From the NCBI GenBank assembly GCA_963662615.2, contig CAXXSR010000001.1, positions 1,024,001 to 1,088,000 on the forward strand: a stretch of DNA of 64,000 bases. The letters are read 5' to 3'. Under the pieces are notes generated by a model. That model saw only the letters and a program-made list of their open reading frames with translations. It made no database searches and was not told the DNA's origin. The position numbers and the translations under genes were made by a program. Below, one piece after another: positions 59,325 to 64,000 of this stretch; the first letter of the stretch is position 1, and the number at the start of each line of letters is the position of its first letter. This DNA comes from Dehalococcoidia bacterium (GTDB lineage: Bacteria; Chloroflexota; Dehalococcoidia; Bin125).

Positions 59325-59633
59325 ATGAGCTTCTTCGTTTACATCATCCGTTGCGCTGACGGGTCGTATTACACGGGCCACACCGACGACCTTGAGGCCC
59401 GCATCGCAGCACACCACGAGGGCGCCATCCCCGGATATACTCGCAGCCGTCGACCGGTCGCGTTTCAGTTTTCACAGGAGTTCGCGGCCAGGGAGGAAGC
59501 CCTCGCACGCGAGTCTCAAATCAAGCGCTGGACCCGTCGAAAGAAGGAGGCGCTCATTCGGGGCGACTGGGAGGGCCTCCAAGCGTTTTCGCCCGTTCGT
59601 GGTTCGACAAGCTCACCACGAACGGGAGGCTAA
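59325..59633 (+). CDS. GIY-YIG nuclease family protein (UPF0213-like)
   Basis: VYIIRCADGSYYTGHTDDL..R...H, EALARE-QIKRWTRRKKEALI. Confidence 0.93.
   Translation: MSFFVYIIRCADGSYYTGHTDDLEARIAAHHEGAIPGYTRSRRPVAFQFSQEFAAREEALARESQIKRWTRRKKEALIRGDWEGLQAFSPVRGSTSSPRTGG
59592..59626 (-). repeat. REP copy in inverted orientation inside the 3' end of the GIY-YIG gene
   Basis: cccgttcgtggt-tcgacaagctc-accacgaacggg; the loop is the reverse complement of gagcttgtcga. Confidence 0.9.
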
Positions 59634-59643
59634 AGGCTGCCAG

Positions 59644-59916
59644 ATGCACTTCAAAGCCGACATTTACGTCACCCTCAAGCGCACCGTCAACGACCCCGAG
59701 GGCCTGACCATCAAGGGCGCCCTCCACCAGCTCGACTTCGTCGATGTAGACGACGTCCGCGCCGGCAAATACATCGAACTCTGGCTCGACGCGCCCGACA
59801 AAGCGAGCGCCGAAGCGCGTATTGACGCCATGTGCGACAAGCTCCTCGCCAACCCCGTCATCGAGAGCTACCGCTACACCGTCACCGCCGCCGATCCAGC
59901 CGGGACCAAGAAGTGA
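59644..59916 (+). CDS. purS: Phosphoribosylformylglycinamidine synthase subunit PurS
   Basis: VTLKRTVNDPEG, VRAGKYIEL, MCDKLLANPVIESY. Confidence 0.95.
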   Translation: MHFKADIYVTLKRTVNDPEGLTIKGALHQLDFVDVDDVRAGKYIELWLDAPDKASAEARIDAMCDKLLANPVIESYRYTVTAADPAGTKK

Positions 59917-59920
59917 GTCT

Positions 59921-59966
59921 CCCCCTCTCCATCGCTCTGTGATGGAGAGGGGGCCAGGGGGTGAGG
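59921..59966. repeat. Second palindromic repeat family, copy 2, between convergent purS and hisB
   Basis: ccccctctccatc-gctctgt-gatggagagggggccagggggtgagg. Confidence 0.8.
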
Positions 59967-60596
59967 TCACGCCCTCAGCGTCCCCTTCGTGCTCGGCACC
60001 GCGTCCGCCTCCCCCTCGATGATCCGCACGGCGTCCCGCAGCGACCGCGCCAGCGCCTTGAACGCCGCCTCCAGGATGTGGTGGTCGTTCTCCCCGGCCA
60101 GTTGCCGCACGTGCAGCGCCAGGCGCGCCTCCTGCGCGAACGAATGAAGAAAATGCTTCGCCAGCGACGCCGGCAGCTCCCCGATCTTGTCGCCGTGGAA
60201 CTTCAGCCCGATCGCGGCGTAGGGGCGGCCGCTCAGATCCAGCGCCACCTGCACCAGCGACTCGTCCAGCGGCACCGTGCGGTCCCCCATCCGCGCGATG
60301 CCCGCCCGCTCGCCCAGCGCCTGGTCCAGCGCCTGGCCTAGCGCCAGCCCAATGTCCTCCACCGTGTGGTGCTGGTCGACGTGCAGATCGCCCGTCGCGC
60401 GCACCCGCAGGTCGAAGCCGCCGTGTCGGGCTAGCTGCTCCAGCATGTGGTCCAGCATGCCGATGCCCGTCTCGACCTGCGCCTGCCCGCTGCCCTCCAG
60501 CCGCAGCGCCACCTCGATCTCGGTCTCGCGCGTCTTCCGCTGAACCGTGCTCTCGCGCACTTCCCGCTCCGTTCCCGCGTTCGCGTCGGGTTCCAT
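59967..60596 (-). CDS. hisB: Imidazoleglycerol-phosphate dehydratase
   Basis: RKTRETEI, DHML, HHTVED, DLSGRP, NDHHILEAAFK, PSTKG. Confidence 0.97.
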   Translation of the reverse strand: MEPDANAGTEREVRESTVQRKTRETEIEVALRLEGSGQAQVETGIGMLDHMLEQLARHGGFDLRVRATGDLHVDQHHTVEDIGLALGQALDQALGERAGIARMGDRTVPLDESLVQVALDLSGRPYAAIGLKFHGDKIGELPASLAKHFLHSFAQEARLALHVRQLAGENDHHILEAAFKALARSLRDAVRIIEGEADAVPSTKGTLRA

Positions 60597-60664
60597 CGTC
60601 GCAACCAATACCGCGTCGCGCCACCGCGCCATCCGCTAACCGCAGAGCCGCGGGACGGGTTAAT

Positions 60665-61273
60665 TCACTCCGAACCTGTGTCAGTTCTCTCCAGACCAAA
60701 CACGTCATTAAATGCATCAACCACTTCAAACGTGTAAGGAACCCTCGCTCGCCCGACAAAGGCTGTCACCCGGCCGCGCGGTCGCGTGACGAACACCCTC
60801 ACAAGTGCCCGCCCGGAAAGGTTTGTCATCGCGCTCGTGCCGATCCCTCCGTCATCGAAGAACCCACCGTCCACCGCGAAATGGACCTCTACATCCGCGG
60901 CTTTTTCCCCTCTCAACTCCACAATAAACGTCACCCACTCTCCCAAAGTGCTAACGCCGGGTAGGCGAGACAACGTGATGGTGGAAATCCCATCACCCGC
61001 CTCGCCGGTCAGACCACTAACCATCAGACACGGAGCATTGATGACTTGATCCAAAGAGAGCGGCTCGCCCTCTGGCCTTCTCGTAGATGCATCAGGAGGC
61101 TGTTCACCCTTCTCGTTCGCGCCAACGATTGAAATGTTGATAGTGCTGTCCTTGACGTTTCCGAATCCCAGTGTTTGGCTCTGCTTGCCGGACCTGAACG
61201 ACTGCTCGGCGATCGGGTGCTTCTGCAGCCGATCCCGAAGCCATCCAAACGCTTTCCAGGCGGGGCCGAGCAT
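60665..61273 (-). CDS. Foreign-composition hypothetical protein inserted in the his operon; possible C-terminal Ig-like (Big_1) fold
   Basis: AT-richer ORF filling the hisC-hisB gap; VEVHFAVDGG...TNLSGRALV. Confidence 0.55.
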   Translation of the reverse strand: MLGPAWKAFGWLRDRLQKHPIAEQSFRSGKQSQTLGFGNVKDSTINISIVGANEKGEQPPDASTRRPEGEPLSLDQVINAPCLMVSGLTGEAGDGISTITLSRLPGVSTLGEWVTFIVELRGEKAADVEVHFAVDGGFFDDGGIGTSAMTNLSGRALVRVFVTRPRGRVTAFVGRARVPYTFEVVDAFNDVFGLERTDTGSE

Positions 61274-61324
61274 CAAAATTTCCACCCTGCAACCCTTGTC
61301 TTCTCGCGATGCGTAGCAATTCGG

Positions 61325-62449
61325 CTAATCGAGCCCCAACTCTTCCCCCACCGCCCGCAGCCGCTCCATAAGCACCGGCGTCTGCTCCGGTCGCGGCACG
61401 CTGATCCGCACGCAGTTCCGCAGTCGCGGCGTGGAGAAGTAGCGCACGAAGACTCCTCGCTGGGCCAGCGCCTCCCGGAGCGCCAAGCCGTCCGGCGCGC
61501 CCGGCTGAGAAGAGCGCACCTCGCAGAGGAGAAAATTCGCCGCCGACGGATACGGCCGCAGCCAGCCCAGCGCCGACAGCTCCCGGAACAGCGTCTCCCG
61601 TTCCGCCACGATGGTGCGCACGCGCTCCTCAAGCTCGTCGCGCGCCTCCAGCGCCGCCAGCACGGCCGCCTCCGCCGCTCGATTCACGCTGTACGGCGGC
61701 TTGGCCCGCAGCAGCACCTCCGCCACGCCCTCGGGAAAGACGCCGTAGCCAATCCGCAATCCCGCCAGCCCCGCCCACTTGCTGAACGTCCGCAGCACGA
61801 TCAACCGTGGCTCCTCCTCCACCCAAGGGATGAAGGAGCTCCCGGCGAACTCCCCGTACGCCTCGTCCACCAGCACCGTCGCGCCGGTCGCCAGCAGCGC
61901 CCGCAGCTCCTCGGGCGACAGGGCGTTGCCGGTCGGATTGTTCGGCGACGCCAACATGATCAGCGACGTCGCCTCCGTCACCGTCGCCTCGACCCGCTCG
62001 ATGTCGATGCTGAAGTCGTCGCGCCGCTCCACCGCGTCCACCGCCAACCCCTGCACCTCCGCCACGAAGCGGTACATGTCGAACGCGGGCGGGCAGACCA
62101 GCACCCGCTCGCCCGGTCCCACCAGCACCCGCACCGCTAGGTCCAGCAGCTCGTCGGAGCCGGCCCCCGCCACCACGCGATCCATCGGTGCCCCCGCGTA
62201 CCCCGCAATGGCGCCACGAACCTCCGATTGCAGCGGATCGGGGTAGACGGCGTAGCGATCGCAGCGCGCGATCGCCTCCTGCACCCACGCCACGGTGCCG
62301 AACGGGTTCTCGTTCGCGTCCAGCTTCAGCACCTCGGCGGGGTCCAGCCCGGCTCGACGCGCCAGCTCCTCCACCGGCTCCACAGCCTCGTACGGTGGCA
62401 GCGCCAGCAGACTGGCACGGATGCGCGGTGGCTCACTTGGATCGGGCAT
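61325..62449 (-). CDS. hisC: Histidinol-phosphate aminotransferase
   Basis: KLDANENP, GSDE, SPNNPTG, VDEAYGEF, RTFSKWAGLAGLRIGY. Confidence 0.96.
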   Translation of the reverse strand: MPDPSEPPRIRASLLALPPYEAVEPVEELARRAGLDPAEVLKLDANENPFGTVAWVQEAIARCDRYAVYPDPLQSEVRGAIAGYAGAPMDRVVAGAGSDELLDLAVRVLVGPGERVLVCPPAFDMYRFVAEVQGLAVDAVERRDDFSIDIERVEATVTEATSLIMLASPNNPTGNALSPEELRALLATGATVLVDEAYGEFAGSSFIPWVEEEPRLIVLRTFSKWAGLAGLRIGYGVFPEGVAEVLLRAKPPYSVNRAAEAAVLAALEARDELEERVRTIVAERETLFRELSALGWLRPYPSAANFLLCEVRSSQPGAPDGLALREALAQRGVFVRYFSTPRLRNCVRISVPRPEQTPVLMERLRAVGEELGLD

Positions 62450-62525
62450 CGATCAACCGCTCACTGATCCATCGCCCGCCCGCTCGACGCCGGCGGGCTG
62501 GCGCTGCTGGCACGCCGACAGCTCC

Positions 62526-63881
62526 TCATCGATCGCTCCGGCGCAGCTCAAGCGAGCGGGCGTGGCCGGTCAGCCCCTCCGCCTTGGCGATGGTGACCGC
62601 CGCCGGTCCGATCTTCTGCAGCAGCGCCTCCGTGACCTGCACCACCGTGGTGATCTTGAGAAACTCGCCTACGTGCAGCGGCGAGGCGTAACGCGCGCTC
62701 CCTCCCGTGGGCATGACGTGGCTCGGCCCCGCCACGTAGTCGGCCAGCGCCTCCGGTGACGACTCTCCCACGAACAGTCCGCCGACGTTGCGCACGGATT
62801 CGGCCTGCTTGGCCGCGTCGCGGGTCATCAGCGCCAGGTGTTCGGGCGCGTACTCGTTCGCCAGCGACAGCGACTCCGCCAGCGACGCCGTCAGCACGAT
62901 ACCGCCGCGATTGTGAAACGCCGCCAGCGCGATCTTGCCCCGCTCCAGCGTCGCCGCCTGTTGCGGCACAATCCGAGCCACCGCCTCCGCCAGCGCTTCG
63001 TTGTCCGTGATCAGGATTGGCGCCGCCAGAGCGTCGTGCTCCGCCTGCGCCAGCAAGTCGGCGGCGCAGAGGTCGGGATCGGCGCTGTCGTCCGCTACCA
63101 CCACCGTCTCCGTGGGACCGTAGATCGCGTCGATGCCGACGTCGCCGAAGACCAGCCGCTTCGCCAGCGTCACGAAGCGGTTGCCCGGTCCAAAGATCTT
63201 GTCCACCGCCGGGATGCTCTCGGTGCCGTAGGCCAAGGCCGCAATCGCCTGCGCCCCACCCACTTTGTAGATCGTGCCGACCCCGGCGATCTCCGCCGCC
63301 ACCAGCTTCAGCGGCGACACGCGCCCGGCCGAGCCGCCCTCACCGGCGCTGATCGGGCTGGCGATGCAGATCTCCTCCACGCCCGCTACCACGGCCGGGA
63401 TCGCCGTGTGCAGCACCGTCGACGGATACACCACCGTCGTCCCCGGCACGTACAGCCCCGCTCGTCGCAGCGGCCGCACCACCTGCCCCAACCCGTCCAC
63501 GTCGAACGAGGTCGCCGCATGCGCCAGCTGGCGCTCGTGGAAGGCGCGCACCCGCTGCGCCGCGATCTGTATCGCCTGCAACGTGGCCCCATCCACGGCC
63601 GCGCGGGCGGCGACGAACTCTTCCTCGCTCACCGTCCAGGCGTCCGGCGCTTGCCCGTCCAGGGCCAGCGAGAAGCGTCGCAGCGCGGCGTCCCCCTCGC
63701 TGCGCACCGCCGCCACGATCCGCCGCACCGCCTCCTCCGCCGTCAGCGTCTCGCCGAACAGCGCCCGGATAACGCGCTCTTCGTCGGGACTGAGCGCGGC
63801 CTCCTCCGGCCGCCGACGCTGGAAGATGGACCGGCGCGCCGCCTCGACCCCCCGTACGATCGGCAGCGACGCTAGCGACAC
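62526..63881 (-). CDS. hisD: Histidinol dehydrogenase
   Basis: GLYVPG, GGAQAIAALAYGT, GPGN, DLLAQAEHD, APEHL, GPSHVMPT, EGLTGH. Confidence 0.97.
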   Translation of the reverse strand: MSLASLPIVRGVEAARRSIFQRRRPEEAALSPDEERVIRALFGETLTAEEAVRRIVAAVRSEGDAALRRFSLALDGQAPDAWTVSEEEFVAARAAVDGATLQAIQIAAQRVRAFHERQLAHAATSFDVDGLGQVVRPLRRAGLYVPGTTVVYPSTVLHTAIPAVVAGVEEICIASPISAGEGGSAGRVSPLKLVAAEIAGVGTIYKVGGAQAIAALAYGTESIPAVDKIFGPGNRFVTLAKRLVFGDVGIDAIYGPTETVVVADDSADPDLCAADLLAQAEHDALAAPILITDNEALAEAVARIVPQQAATLERGKIALAAFHNRGGIVLTASLAESLSLANEYAPEHLALMTRDAAKQAESVRNVGGLFVGESSPEALADYVAGPSHVMPTGGSARYASPLHVGEFLKITTVVQVTEALLQKIGPAAVTIAKAEGLTGHARSLELRRSDR

Positions 63882-64000
63882 GCCAGGTACTCCCGCAGCG
63901 CCTGCGCGGCCTGCTCGCTCACCCGCTCAAAGAAGCCGTCCACTTCGGCCATCTCCACGCTCCGCACCGTCTCCTCCAGCAGCGTCGGGATCTGCTCCAG
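63872..64000 (-). CDS. C-terminal fragment of an unknown protein upstream of hisD
   Basis: Open frame LEQIPTLLEETVRSVEMAEVDGFFERVSEQAAQALREYLACR*, overlapping the hisD start. Confidence 0.5.
   Translation of the reverse strand: MEQIPTLLEETVRSVEMAEVDGFFERVSEQAAQALREYLACR

Overview
GC-rich chromosomal window, probably from a Chloroflexota/Dehalococcoidia-like bacterium. This is inferred from dapL, apgM, the miaA-dapF-dapL-hflX order and many CoA-transferase, crotonase, acyl-CoA dehydrogenase and SDR paralogs. Most of it is housekeeping and catabolic: gltB, glcDEF, bioY, queD-like, dapF/dapL, miaA, hflX, tpiA/apgM/pgk/rpiB, tsaC, guaA-purD-purB-purC-purS and hisD-hisC-hisB. I saw no rRNA, tRNA, CRISPR array, integrase or transposase. 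The most unusual layer is non-coding: about 13 copies of a REP-like palindrome (stem CCGTTCGYCCT, loop GAGCYTGTCGA, stem AGGGCGAACGG). Twelve lie on the same strand regardless of gene direction. The one inverted copy closes a GIY-YIG nuclease gene, which is thus bracketed by inverted repeats in the way RAYT transposases are. Copies of the repeat (i) flank single accessory genes in direct orientation, (ii) carry a fixed-length 24-bp nested hairpin with a variable 8-nt loop, (iii) anchor a polarised 20-bp tandem array, and (iv) alternate with displaced copies of an acyl-CoA dehydrogenase 3' end that differ only at synonymous sites. Together these suggest a GIY-YIG/REP-associated mobile or gene-capture system; this is inference. 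Other points of interest are solitary foreign genes wedged into operons (HEPN-like, NucS-like, NDT-like), a Cys-rich PadR heading an arsM operon, a probable AUC start for hflX, and a frameshifted CHRD/repeat-domain secreted protein.
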